Counted from the stretch's first letter, positions 23,729 to 37,350 are shown. The stretch is 64,000 bases of DNA from Antechinus flavipes (GCF_016432865.1 NC_067403.1:250418001-250482000), one strand, 5' to 3'. Program-made: numbers and translations. Notes: generated from the letters alone by a model not told the origin.

Positions 23729-24987
23729 ATGAAAAAGAAATTTGGTGGATGGACAGCTCTTAATACAAACTGGCGTATTGACTAAGATGAAATTAAATGA
23801 CCAATCATTTGGTTGTTTTTATCTTGGAAGTGAACAAAACACACACACACACACACACAAAATCTTTCTCTCCCCAGTCTATTCATATGCTCTCATAGAA
23901 ACTAGTGTAATAAGTCATTGTTGAAATATCATACAAAGAAAAAGTGTTAGAGACTGACCTTCTTGTTAAGTTGATTTACTCTAATCATTAGTATGCAAAT
24001 AATCCAACTGGACAATCACCCATATGGTGAAAAAAATATTGATTTCTTCCTTTCTCCAAAACTTTTTTGAAAAGGTACCCAAACTTCAAAATTCTTATCA
24101 AATGTCAGCTTCCATAGGAAGCCTTTCATGATCTCTTTGTAGAACATAATCTTTGATTAGACTTTATTTCATACTTTATTTCTTAGCTCTTTTGTATATT
24201 TTTATTGTATTATTTAGTTGTCTCTCTTTTGCAGATTTTTATTTTACATATGCTATTATTGCTACTTGGATGGAAATTCCACCTTAGCTAATAGATTGCA
24301 AACTACATCATGGGAGGGATTATGTCATTTCCCCTCCAACAACTGGCATAATCCTTTGTGCATAATAGAGACTTAGTTGATAATTGTTAAATCAAATGGT
24401 TTCCTATGATTTTCTTCTTCAGACCTCATGTAACACTGTGTTGTGCAGTTTTCTAATGTATAAACGATATTATTGATTATTAAAGTTGCTTGTTGCATCT
24501 TTTTTGTTTTTGCTTAGTATTAGACTGTGCAATTTTCCCATGCTATCTAGAAGGACTGATAAGTTATGGGAAGCAGAAGCCATGACAAATGAGGGAACTT
24601 GGGAACTCTGGAGTTTACAGAGCTATTTTAAGTGGATATGGTCATAAAGATTTGGGGCATTTTTGTCTCATTGACTTGCTCTCAGGAGTGACTTCTTTTA
24701 AGGGAGTTCACTGTGAAACTGTGTTCTGGTGAATTTTTCCTTTATACACTTCATTTCCTCTTCTACCTCATCACTAGTTGGTCAAGTAGCATAGCTTGCC
24801 TTCAGATGTGTCTTCTCTCTTTAAATCCGATTTATTTATTGTCTTCATTACTATAATAGATTTTATCTTCAGATAAGGATAAACTATTTCTTATTGTATT
24901 TTGCTGAAATCTTTGTAACGAATGATTAGACCATATAATTTATAATTACATTAAATTAAAAAAGATTTTCTTATAAATAAAATTAAT

Positions 24988-25460
24988 ATGACCAAGATCA
25001 GAAGGAAAGCAGAAAATTATGAAAATTTTTGACAATTTATCAGATGAAAGTATCATATTAAATAAACATAAAGAACTTTGTCAGATCTATAAGAATATGA
25101 ATTATTCTCCAGCTGTGGTCAAAGGATGTAACAGTTTTTCAGTGAATAAATCAGAATAATTTATAGTGATATGAAAAAAATTATTATTGATTAGAGAAAT
25201 GCAGAGTAAAACAACTTGAGGTATAAATTTATATACCAGATTGACTAAAATGATAGAAGGGGAAAGTGACAAATATTGGAAAGGATGTGGACAAATTGGG
25301 ATACTAACTCACTGTTAGTGGAATTGTGAACTGATCCAACAGTCCTGGAAACTTATCTGAAATTATGCCCAGACTTAATAAACTGACTATATACCTTGAC
25401 TCAGCAATGCTACTATTTAGGCTATTCCTAAAGATGATTAGGGGAAAGGGAAAAGAATAT
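24988..25460 (+). mobile_element. Degraded L1 ORF2 3' region
   Basis: gattagagaaatgcag..taaaacaac..gaggta...tggaaaggatgtggacaaattgggatacta..cactgttagtgg. Confidence 0.75.
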
Positions 25461-25474
25461 ATTTTTTAGTTCTT

Positions 25475-28000
25475 TTAAAAAAATTATTTATTTTCAATGC
25501 TCATTGCTTTATGAATCATGTTGGGAGAGAAAAATCAGAGCAAAAGGGAAAAACCATGGAAAAGAAAAATACAGAAAAAAAATAAGTGAACACAACACGT
25601 GTTGATTTATGTTTAATCTCCATAGTTCTTTTTCTGGATGCAGATGCCATTTTCTGCCCAAAGTCTATTGAGAGTATTTTGGATCACTGAACCACTGAGA
25701 AAAACCAAGTCTTTCATAGTTGATCATTACACATTCTTTTTGAAACCAAATATGTCTGATATTGTCTCTTTGAATCAAATCTGATGAGAGTAAGATTCAC
25801 ACACTGCTCATCCCACTCCTTTCTTTCCCTCAGTTATAATAGATCTTCTTTGCCTCTTTGTGAGATGTAGTTTCCCTTTTTTTACCTCTTTTTTTCTCTT
25901 TTTCCAGTACAATCCCCTTTCCACCTCTAATTTCTTTTTCATATTATCATAATAAAATCAAATTATGCCCACACTCTAAGTATACATAGCAGAAACACAG
26001 TTCTCAAGAGTTCTTTCCTTTTTACCTTTTTATGCTTCTCTTAGTTCTGTGTTTGGAGATCCAATTTTTTGTTCAGTTCTGGTCTTTTCATTAGAAATGG
26101 ATGAAATTCACCTACATCATTCAATGTCCATCTTCTTTCCTGAAAGATAATGCTCATTTTAGTTGGATAGTTTATTCTTGGCTGTAATCCAAGTTTCTTC
26201 CTTTCTCCAAAACTTTTTTTGCAAAGGTATTCAAACTTTAAAATTCTTATCAAATGTTTCAAAATATCAGATTCTAGCCCTTTGATCTTTAAGGTGGAAG
26301 CTGTTTGGTCCTGTTGTATATTAACCTGACTCCTTGGTATTTAAATTCTTTCTTTCTGGCTGCTTGCAATATCTTTTCCTTAGTGCAATAATTCTGAAAT
26401 TTAGCCATGATATTCCTTGGGGTTTTAATTTTGGGGTCTCTTTCAGGAGGCGATTGGTGAATGTTTTCAATGGCTATTTGACCTTCTGATTCTTAGATAT
26501 CAGGGCAGGTTTCCTTTATGATTTCCTGTAAGATAATGTTTAGGTTCTTTTTTTTAATCATGGCTTTCACAAAGTCCAGTAATCCTTAGATTGTCTCTCC
26601 TAGATCTATTTTCTAGATTAGTTGTTTTGCCTAGGAATTATTTCATATTTTTTTCTATTTTTTCATTTTTTGTTTTTGTTTGATTCTTGAAGTCTTAATG
26701 AGTCATTCACTTCAATTTGTTAAATTCTAATTTTTAATGTATTATCTTTTTCAGTTACTCTTTTAAGCTCCTTTTGTATTTGGCCAATTGAATTGTTTTG
26801 TTCATTGCATTTTTCCATTTCATAAATTTTGTTTTTCAGTGAATTGGTATCTTTTTCATATTTATTTTGTAAGGAGTTATATGCTTTTCCCATTTCATCA
26901 AGTCTATTTTGTAAGGAATTATATACCTTTCTCATCCCTTCTTGCAAAGATTGCATTTCCTTTCCCCAATTTTCTTCTAATTCTCTTTTAAGATCTTGTA
27001 TTTAAAAAGCCTTGTGAAAGAGGGACCAGCTCATGTTTCCTTTTGGGGCTTTATCTGGAATTGATTTGCCTTTAGGAACCTCAGGATCTGAGGTCTGTTC
27101 TTTTCTTTTCTCTCCATAAAAGCTGTCTATCATGAGAGCTCTTTTTGTTTTTTTTTTTTTTTGTTCATTTTTTTAAGGCTTGAAGTATGCGCTTAATGAG
27201 AAGGAGTGACAGCTGCTTTAGTTTGCCTGGGGCAGTTCTGCTGCTTGACTTCAGGTGCTGGGTAATTGCAACTAGGTCCCATGTTCTTCCAGGGCTCAGT
27301 GGTTTACAATTTGCCTTTTGTAACAAATCTGCCAAACTACCTGTTTGCAACCAGAACAGAGTAGCCTAAGAGGCTCACAAAGGATTTTCAGGTGTGTGGA
27401 TGCAATGCTCTGATTCCCTACCCCAGCTCCTTGCTCCTGTCTCCCTGTGCTAGGATCTAGGCTTGGCAGACTGTCCCCCTGCCCAATTGAAACAGACCTG
27501 TACTGAAGTTCTTCCAAGATATCTTCTTTTGGAAATGTGTTGTACTCCAAATATTTGTGTGTTTTTTGACTCCAAAACCAGTTTAGAGCCTTAATCTGCT
27601 GTTGGTTTGAGAAAAGGTCAGAAGAGGTCACAGAAAGTTTTGTCTGCTCTCTGCCACCTTGGTTTTCCCTTCTCCCCATTCCCAATCATCACACATTCTT
27701 GCTGTTATGTTAATAATGTATTCCTGATTCTGTTTGCTTCACTCCAATCAGTCCATGTAAATCCTTCCAGGCCTTTTAAAAATCAGTTTGTTCATCTTTT
27801 TTTTTATAGAACAATAATATTACATTATTTTCATATACCACAACTTATCTAGCCATTCCCCAATTTCTAAGCATCTACTATTAAGAATTTTTCAATTCTT
27901 TGTTAACTTGAAAAGAGTTGCTAAAAACATTTTTTGCACATGTGGGTCCTTTTTCCTTCTTTATGATACAGACACAGTATTTCCTTGGGATAGAGAGCAA
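25475..28000 (-). mobile_element. L1 3' UTR (antisense), split by a younger insertion at 25739-27684
   Basis: The UTR stops at ...gatcattacacattctt (25738) and resumes at atcatcacacattcttgctgtt (27685). Confidence 0.75.
25739..27684 (-). mobile_element. 3'-truncated L1 (5' UTR, degraded ORF1, part of inter-ORF spacer; no ORF2) with 16-bp TSD
   Basis: 5' end ccaaggtggcagag near 27663. ORF1 remnants at 26720-26956 and 26041-26262 (LGLQPRINYP.KMSIIFQ). TSD at 25723-25738 and 27685-27700 with one mismatch. Confidence 0.8.
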
Positions 28001-29742
28001 ATGAATCTATTTGTTCTCTAAGGTTTATGGCAGAACCTCTTTGTGGTGGTAAAGAACTAGAAATTAAGGGGATGCCCATCAGTTGGGAAATGTCTAAAAA
28101 AAGTTGAAATATATAATTATGATAGAATTTTACTGAGCAATAAGAAATGATAAGCTCAATGATCTTAGAAAATATATGGAGAGACTTGCATGAAATAATG
28201 AAGAGCAAAATGAGTAGGCACAAGAGAACATTGTATATAATAACAGCAATATTGCTTTAAGAATAACGATGATAGAATAAGTTGTTTTGTCTGTTATAAA
28301 TTCCCAAATTACTATAAAAGATATATGAAGAAAGACCGTATTTGCATCCAGAGAAAGAACTAATTTCACATGCCCATACATTTATACAAACATACACATA
28401 AATATAAACATATTGGGCTGGAATTCACCTAGATTAGAATTCTCTTAAATTTTTATCAGAAATAAGCTTTCCCAGTTGAGTGGGATCCCAATCAGGATTG
28501 AGGAGAATGTCTGATTGTCAACCAAGTCCTTCACAAGCATTGATTTTGCTTTAAGGAAGTAAAAAGAGGAACTTTGGAGTCCATATATAACCATGGTTAT
28601 TAATACAATAAGAAAATGATAAATTTTCTCAAACTGGTACATGAAACAGTTGGTAACATCTACTGAGCTCTTGGCCACTAATTTAAAACCTTGCCATCAA
28701 ATGGATCTAATCCAGTTTTGCCATGAAGAAACTAGTTGATTTTACATATTTGACTTATCCTTTCTGTGCCTCCATTTTTCCCTCTATGAAAAGAAGTTTG
28801 AAATAGTCTTGAAAGTATTGTCCATCTAAATGAAAGTATTGAAAGATAACATCTAAAGTGTTATCCCTGATATTGGCTAGTTCATGCATGTGAATTTATA
28901 CTTCCCAATTAGACTTAAAGTTAGTTCATGAGTCACTTTATCAAACAGCTTAATTTTCCTGGTACCTTTCCTGTAAAAAAATGTCTATATGAAGGAAAAA
29001 TATCATCAAGTTGTTGTATTTCCATATAGAATTTATCTAAATTTTAACCTTTCCTATGTGGAGAAAATCTTTCCAAAATCAAATATTTTCTCAGATGACA
29101 AGCCTTCCACAGAATATATCTTCTTATTTCTCTCCCTTCATAAAAAGAACAATTTAATTTAAATAGCCTTAATGCTTCTGATGACTACATTATAGTTCAT
29201 ATTTTCTGGATTATCTATGATTTTGCCTTAATTTTCACAATTCCATTTCATTATGTAATATACTGAGGCAGGTTTTCCTAGTGTTGGCATTTATTTCTTA
29301 TTTTATATTGGAGATAATGGGAAAAGTTACAATTTCTTTTCTCAAACTTAAAATCATAGATTTTTAAGGGCAAAGGTGCTCCAGAACAGTTATGTTATTT
29401 CAAACTCATCATTTTACACATGAAAACTGTAGCCTAAAACAGTTAGATGAATGTGTAGGTCACAGAGGTACTACTATGTGTCAGAGATAGAATTTAATCC
29501 TGGTTATCTCCAAACCTCGTTGACATCTGAATTCCGAGAGGTGATTTTTTTGTTGTTGTTTTATATTGCCTTTTACAATGCCACTCCACCATTTCCTGGA
29601 TCTTTTTTTATATATCGTGTATATATACATATATACATACATTTATATACATACATACATACATACACCTTTTCTGCCATCCCCCACCACTTTCTAAACC
29701 AGTTTCTTTTTTTATGACTTGTCTCTATAAGAATATTAGTCT

Positions 29743-29782
<40 letters not shown>

Positions 29783-29784
<2 letters not shown>

Positions 29785-29863
29785 GCTGAGGCAATTGGGA
29801 TTAAGTGATTTACCCAGGTCACACAACTAGGAAGTGTTAAGTGTCTGAGACCAGATTTGAACT
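29783..29863 (-). mobile_element. 5'-truncated WSINE1 next to a (CT)n microsatellite (about 29747-29778)
   Basis: ctgaggcaattgggattaagtgatttacccagg..cacacaactaggaagtgttaagtgtctgagaccagatttgaactc. Confidence 0.8.
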
Positions 29864-29930
29864 CTTATGTACAAATATATAAATATATATATCACTTACA
29901 AGGGAAAGGAGAGAATAAAGAAAAATGAAT

Positions 29931-30140
29931 TTTATATTAAAGCTTTTTATTTTCAAAACATGATATTTGTGGAAATATATAGAGAGGAATTACACATGTT
30001 TAATATATATTGGATCACTTGTTGCCTGGGTGGGGGGGAATAGGGAAAAGGGAGGGGAAAAAATCATAACACAAGGTTTTGTAAGAGTGAATGTTGAAAA
30101 TTATCCCTTTATATATATTGAAAATAAAAAGCTTTATTTA
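29931..30140 (+). mobile_element. L1 3' end flanked by an inverted copy of its own terminus
   Basis: Sense tail about 29963-30140. Perfect 19-bp inverted repeat at 29938-29956 and 30118-30136. Confidence 0.75.
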
Positions 30141-30199
30141 AAGGATTGTGATTATCTCAAATGGAAAGGTTTTTATATAAGAATATAATTAGAATTAAA

Positions 30200-31560
30200 A
30201 GGGAAACAAGTAAGGAAGAAAAAATAATATTTGTTTTTGACAAAGTTTGATTTCCAAAACATAAAGAGAACTGATTCAAATTATATTAAGAGCCACCCAC
30301 AAGAAAATAAATCAGCAAAAGATAGAAATTGGCAGTATTCAAATGAAGACAGTGAAATGATGGGCAGTGATAGAAAAAAATAATGAAAGCAATCCATACT
30401 CAATTCTGGTTTTATCTCATGTATATTAGACTGAGAAAAATTTTTAAAGGAAAATTGTAATTTTTGAAGGTAAAAACTAACTTGATAGAATCAATTGATT
30501 CAACTTTGAATTATCTCATTCTTTAATAGACAATAGCAAGGTTTTGGCCCAAGTTAGAACACAACAAGAAAAGAAGGAAAGGTGGGTGACTCAAGGAGAA
30601 GTCATATACACAGAAATATTTATAGAGGCACTTTTTGTTGTATCAAAGAATTAGAAAAAAGTGAATAGTCATCAATTGAGGAATGGATAGATAAAATATG
30701 GCGTATGATTATGTGGAATATTAGGGCTATATGAAATAATGAAAGGTGGATTCAGACAAATCTGAGATGATTTGTATGAACCAAAGCAGAATGAAATTAA
30801 CAGAAAGAGGAGAACACAGTAATAATGTTTGTCACATTACAAGATTAAATGATTGTGAAATACATAACTGTTCAATTTAGTCAGCCAAGATAGTGGAGGA
30901 AAAGTAAGAACTTGCCCAAGTTCTCCTTCCATCCCTTTAAAATACCTTTAATAATGAATCTAAATAAGTTCTCAAGTAGCAGAACCCACCAAAAGATGGA
31001 TTGAAACAATTTTCTAACCCAAGACAGCTTAGAAGGTTAAAAAGAAAGGTCTGTTGCATCAGAGTGAAAGTCTAGTGCAGACTGGGCCAACAAGACCAGG
31101 TCTTATCAAACGAGGAACAAACTCATTGGTGAGAGTGGGAGTTTCCAAATCTTTCAGCCTATGAATGGTAAAGGAATCAGACAAGAGATCAGAGGAGATG
31201 TATAGGGATCCCCTTTGCTGGCACAGTAGGGAGGGAGAGAGAGGACTCTGTTGCATTGCCTGTACTTGGATCTGAGTGGCAGTCCTGAGTCTTGTCCCAG
31301 TGTGAGGAAGAGTACTAGTATAGCAGAGCTTGAGGCTGCAGGAGAACAGGGACCTTGGATACATTTCTAGGGTTAAAAAAGAGTTTTTATGGTTTCTCAT
31401 AACCAGTGCATCATACAGGAGAGTAAAAAACACACTTCTCTCTAGCTCATGTCATCTTGAAAGAGTCAAAAACTTATAGAACCCCAAAGTACTTCTGAAA
31501 ACAACTGCTCAAAAAATTTGAATCTTGGGAGAGAGAGCACACAAAAATAACAACTTCATT
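30200..31560 (+). mobile_element. Old L1 fragments (ORF2 3' region, then a 5' UTR starting about 30881)
   Basis: tcatcaattgaggaatggatagataaaatatgg motif, and gccaagatagtggagg 5'-end motif. Confidence 0.6.
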
Positions 31561-33967
31561 TAATATTGGATTGGATAGCCACTAGCTGATTGATACTGGG
31601 GAAATCAGATGAACACTAAGATTCTCTCTCCTAATCTGAGAACTAAGAATCAGTTTCTCTCTGCATCAAAAAAATTATTGTAAGGTAATCATTTTGGAAA
31701 TCTTGAAATAACATATACATTGGAGATTGTGTGTTCAATTATTCAAAACATAATTTGTATTTTAGGGAATAAAACTTTTTATTCTGCTACAGTATATTAG
31801 GTCATTAAATAATATTGAATTGCTTATCTTATACATATATACTAGTGTATGACATGTATACATATATCTGTGTTTGTTGTTATTATTATAGCAGCTTAAA
31901 GCTCAACTAAGACTTCAGGATTATCATACATGTGTATGAATACATAAGTCTTTAAATCTAAATGTATATCTATACCAATATCTACATATATATATATATA
32001 TAAATACATATAAAATTTATATATATATATTTTATAAGCAATCTTTTGTTATGGCTGAAAGTGAATGATTTTTTTAAACATCTGATAGATTTGATAGATT
32101 TTATCATTTTATTTTTTAGATTATATGTTTCTTGAAAGTAAGGGTTAGTTTTTTTGCCTTTTATTGTATGTCCAACATTTATTAGTTACTTATTATTAAT
32201 AATTATTAACATTACTGGAAAACATAATTAGTATAAAATACATCTAGTTGGCCTTCATTGTGGATAAAATTAAGGATTGTATGGAAAACTCATGGATTTT
32301 CAAGACCCCAAGGACTTGACATGGAAATGCAATGTTTTAATCAGACTAAAGAAAAAAGTCAATTTTCTTGTTTATGAAAGACACCACTCTGTAGCTAATT
32401 ATACTCAAGAGAAGGACCAAAGAACCCATAGTTACTAAGGTGGTAATGTCCCTCTTGGCTTATCTGGATAATTTATGAATCTTTTTTTTTCAGACACTTC
32501 TAAAGAATATATTTTATCATAATTAGTCACTTAAGAAACACTATTTCAGTGAAACCATCAAGATCACATGTTATTACTTTCATTACTTCTCTCCTCTTAT
32601 TTTTCCAGAGAGGAGTGAGGAAAGGAGATTCAATCGTATCTCTACCATGCTAAGACCCAGATCAAGATTTTGGAGAAAGAAGAAAACTTCCATGCTATCT
32701 AATTCATGTGTTTTTTCTATTTTATTTCTTTTTGATTGGTTAGGTTACAAGTTTGATCCTCAATGAGTTATTAACTTCTCAAGAGAAAGTGTGATAATAT
32801 GGAAAGTATGCTGGACTTCAGTTAAGAAGATGAACACATGAAATTTGTCTCCAGAAGTGATTTCCTATGTGATCCGAGGTAAGTCCACTTTTCTAAAATA
32901 AAGAAAATCCCATTGTGTATATCTCAGAGTGTTGACTTAGGTCAAAATGAGGCTTTTTAAAAAAAGTTGTATGAATCTCAAGATATTAATAAATGCCAAT
33001 TATTAATATTACCATTTCATCATCATCATCATCTCATCATCATTGTAAGTTCAAGTGTTCTTGACTTTTTTGTCTGTGATCCTAATGCCTTATGCAGTCT
33101 ACTGAAACCTGGGACTATGAAGGACAAAAATTGAATTGGAATATTATCTGTCCATTGATCATTTATTCATTTATCACCTTATATATTTAACTATCTTTTA
33201 TAATTTCATAGATCCAGTATAAAATCTCTTGATCTGGTTCAAAATCCTAATTTTATAATGGACACAGACACAGACAAAGTGGTGGCGAGTGAAGAACAAA
33301 GTAGCTTGGCTATTTTTAGGGGGCAGAACTGATACCAAACTTCAGATCTACATATTCTCTCTTATCTCCTCTTTCCATTGTATACAAAGGAAATAGTAAG
33401 ATTAAAGATCAGTGTGATCTGATCTGAGAAGATACAGGAATAATGGAAGCTCTACCTTCTGTATTTTGTCAGAGCAGTTTTTAGGTGAATTGGGATAAAA
33501 AAAAAAACTAATAAAATAGAACACAGAAGTCACCTTTGAGCACTTGAACTCCAAGAGAATGGCAGTTGCTGTTAGCTCTATAAATCTCAGTAGAAAGGAG
33601 AATTCTCTTGCCTGAGAAAAGCAAGTGGATATTTGGGACATTTTTACCAGGAAAGGATAAAAACTGTACCATGGATTTTGACTAATTATTATCTTGTCTG
33701 GTGATAAAGCAGAGCTCTGAAAATCTCTGGCCTGAAGAAAAAAAGTATAAAAAAGCATTTTAAGCATAAGAGCATTTGAGAAATGAATTGAGCAAAGGGA
33801 AGGGATATTAAACAAGTCAGATCTAAAATATCTAATTTCTCTGAACTTTAAATATATGAAGAAGTTGAAGCAATCAATCAATCAATAAATATTTACTAAT
33901 TATTTACTATATGTCAAGCACTGTTGCAAAGTGTTAGAGATAATAAAGAAGCAAGAGATACTTTCTT

Positions 33968-34105
33968 GGGGGCAGCTAAATGGGGCCTTGAGTAAAGCAC
34001 CAGTCCTGGAATCAGGAGTTCAAATTCAGCCTCAGACACTTAATAATTCCTATCTGTGTGGTCCTGGGCAAATCACTTAATCCCAATTGCCTTGCCAAAA
34101 ACAAC
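33968..34105 (+). mobile_element. WSINE1-type SINE inserted into an antisense L2 remnant
   Basis: gggggcagctaaatggggcc...cccaattgccttgcc. Degenerate TSD aagagatactttctt / aaaagataatctctt. Confidence 0.8.
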
Positions 34106-35255
34106 ACCCAGGGAAAAAAGATAATCTCTTCCCTAAAGGAACTTAAATTTTAATAGGGGAGACATGGACAAAAATATATAGGAAACAGCTATTTCTAGGT
34201 AAAATAAAGGATTAGTATAGAGAAGGCATTAGAATTAAGTGAGTGGAATTATAGCTTATTTACTTATTTACCCTTTCTAGTTCATAGATAATTTTAAAGG
34301 ATTTTTTTCCCTACGAAAAGTAAATTCTCTGGATTTAGGTGAATAGGGATCAAACAAGCTAATAAAATAGAACCCAGAAGCCATCTTTGAGCACTTGAAC
34401 TCCAAGAGAATGGCAGTTGCTGCCATTAAAACAAAATGATGTATGGTATTGGAAAGAGCTAGGAGTTAAAGACACTGGGTTCTTTTTCTGATCTTTACAT
34501 TAGCAAATTGTCATTTGCCATGAGACACGTTGCTTTACTATGGATTCAGTAAAAATAATCAGTAAAAAAAAGGTGTTGATAGGAAAAATATTTAAGGAGT
34601 TATATAACTTTAAAATTATTTGTTTTGTTCAGTAACTAAGATATCGGAATTTTGACTTTCAATGTGAATTAAGGAGAAATTTGAGTCATTCACAAAATAT
34701 GAGCCTTCAAAATTAGGGAAAAAACCATGTAAGTACTAGAATTTGAAATCTATAATGGAATGATTTAAACATCATAACACATTTCATATTTTCTTGTAAT
34801 TTTGATAATTCAATTAATAGGTAATATATTTTTATGTTTATATATCATATTATTAAATATGACATAATTTTTATTATATTTTATGTTATATATTAAAATA
34901 TAATAAGTGTTTTTATCTTCTCCTCTCCCTCAGTTTTCTTGCCTGTATTTTGGAGACATTCCTCTTTGATCTATTTGAATTTGTCTTTCCTCATAGTTGC
35001 TCTTCGTCTGCCCTGCTGTCATCAGTTTATGTAGTTTATGACAGTTTCTGTAATATCAGCTGAATTCATGGATCAGCATTAAAATCAGCGCCTTCATTTT
35101 CAGCATTGCTCCAGTTGTGCATAGAGTAGATGGAACCTGATTCTCTTTGTGAACTTTTTGAAAGGAGGAGACAGGGAATTTCGATTTTCTCATTTCTTTG
35201 CTACCCTATTTTGGTCATACTTTCAATCTCGAAAATTCACTGGGAGCTAGCAAGT

Positions 35256-36232
35256 ATGGTCAACTTCACCATCATCACAGAATTTCTCCTTATCAATTTT
35301 GCCAGCATTTGGGAGCTACAGGTCCTTTATGCTATGCTTTTCATTCTGATTTATCTATCAACTTTGATGGGGAATTTCCTCACCATTATTGCTATTGTCA
35401 CCGACCAACACCTTCATGCCCCAATGTACTTTTTTCTAAGCAATTTATCCCTGTTGGATATGTGTTACATCTCAGTCACTCTTCCCAAATTCATTGTTAA
35501 TACCCTGATAGACACTCCATCCATCTCCCTCTTGGGATGTATGGCTCAAATATTTTTAATTTTGTTTTTTGGAGGAACAGAATTTGCTCTCCTCATGACC
35601 ATGTCCTATGATCGCTTTGTGGCCATCTGCTACCCCTGCACTATGGGGTCATCATGACACGAGCCCGGTGCTTTTGGGCAGCAGTTGGCTCCTGGTTCAC
35701 TGGCTTTGTCTATTCTGCCCTCCACACAGGTAACATGTTTCGTTTGCCCTTTTCAGGGTCCAATGTGATCCACCAGTTTTTCTGTGATATACCACAGATA
35801 TTGCGGGTTGCAAACTCAGATGTATACAATACTGAATACTTGTTACTTGCCATAAGCTCGTGTTTTCTATTATTGTGCTTTGTCTTTTTAATTATATCAT
35901 ATGCTCATATCTTCTCCAGTGTACTCAAGATCCCCTCCATGGAAGGACGCTACAAAGCCTTATCTACCTGTTCCCCTCACTTGATTGTCCTTCTCTTATT
36001 TCTCCTTTCTATAATTATTTCAGTCTTGGGGCCGACATCAGACAGATCATCAGTTCAGAACCTTCTTATTGCAATGGCTTACACAGTACTGCCCCCATTC
36101 ATGAACCCTATCATTTATAGCTTGAGAAACCAGAAGATCAAAGTCGTGTTGATTAAGATAATCCGAATGGCTTTATTTCTCAAGAAGGACGTGTCTAGTC
36201 CTAAGAAAATCAAGAGGACAAGGAATGTATAG
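35256..36232 (+). pseudogene. Olfactory receptor (OR14-like) with a single 1-bp frameshift (OR-2); may be a sequencing error
   Basis: ATG at 35256 (MVNFTIITEFLL). The 5' half is in ORF 35130-35657 and the 3' half in ORF 35654-36232. Adding one C to the run at 35633-35636 restores ICYPLHYGVIMT and a 325-aa frame. Confidence 0.9.
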
Positions 36233-36559
36233 CTAGGGTATTGAATATGCAAAATGGCATAACAGCTACATTTAAAAAATGAAAAAAATGAAGTCAGTCA
36301 TTTCTCCCCTTGGTTCACAAAAGAAATATAAGAATATCCTCACAAAAATTAAAGCTAAAACAATGCATGGAAATGAATGACTGAACCATTTTTAAAGATG
36401 TATAATATGTAACAGGTAATGATATCTATGAATTAATCCATCCAAACATGAACCCATTTTGCTTTAATGCTATAAGTAGAGACCTGAAAATTTCCTGGAA
36501 ATAGTGAATTCCCATCATATGGAGAATGAATGAACAAATTGGCATATTATATAATGGCC

Positions 36560-37350
36560 TATTATTGGTCTCTTTAAACATGAAAGAAAGAATAAAAGAA
36601 ACCCGAGGTAACTGATGCACAGGGAATTGAACAGAACTGGGAGAAACATCTAGCAATGACTGTAGCATTAAAAAGGAAAAGAGTAGGAAAGACAATTGTT
36701 TGATGCAATGACCAAATGTGGTTCTAAATGGCTGATGAAGAAGATTGCTAATTAGACAGATGATGGACTCTAAAGATAGAGAATTAATCCTGTATTTCCA
36801 GGCATAGACAATGTGTGGATATGATTTTCTTTTTCATTCTTTCTTTTTTGGAGTAAATTTTTAAATTTATTTTAAATTTAAATGCAAAACAAGAAAGAAA
36901 AAGAAAACATCATCACATATACAGCAGAACATGAGAAGATTCGATATAAAACAAATTTCCATTTCAAGAAAACCTATATTAAAAATGCTACACATTGTTT
37001 TGGAAACTGTCCAGCTTTTTTGTTATCTTTCTTTTTTTCTTTTCTTCTTTACTGTTCAGCTTCTTCTTTATTTTTCCTTTCCTCTTCACTATCTCCCAGC
37101 CTTAAAAAAGACAACAATTAAGTGTATATACACATACATGTATAGATATAGATATCCATAAACATACACACACGTATATATTCATAAATGTAAGATCATA
37201 CTATGCTTATTTCTATTTGTCACCTGTTCCTCTGAAGGTTGATAGCATTTTTCTTCATCAATTACATGTATATGTTCTCTTTGTGAATTTTTGCTCATGT
37301 TTACTGATATCTCATAAGACAAGAATGATTATTTAAAAATAAAAATAAAT
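36560..37350. mobile_element. L1 3' UTR fragments (sense 36560-36830, antisense 36850-37350)
   Basis: Antisense tail aaatttaaatgcaaaacaagaaag...catatacagcagaacatgagaagattc. Confidence 0.55.

Noticed and set aside
35198-36120. Alternative-frame ORFs inside OR genes (35198, 35860; also 22936, 43215, 52224, 52640, 60862)
   Set aside because: These are shadow frames of OR coding sequence, conserved only because the genes are paralogs.
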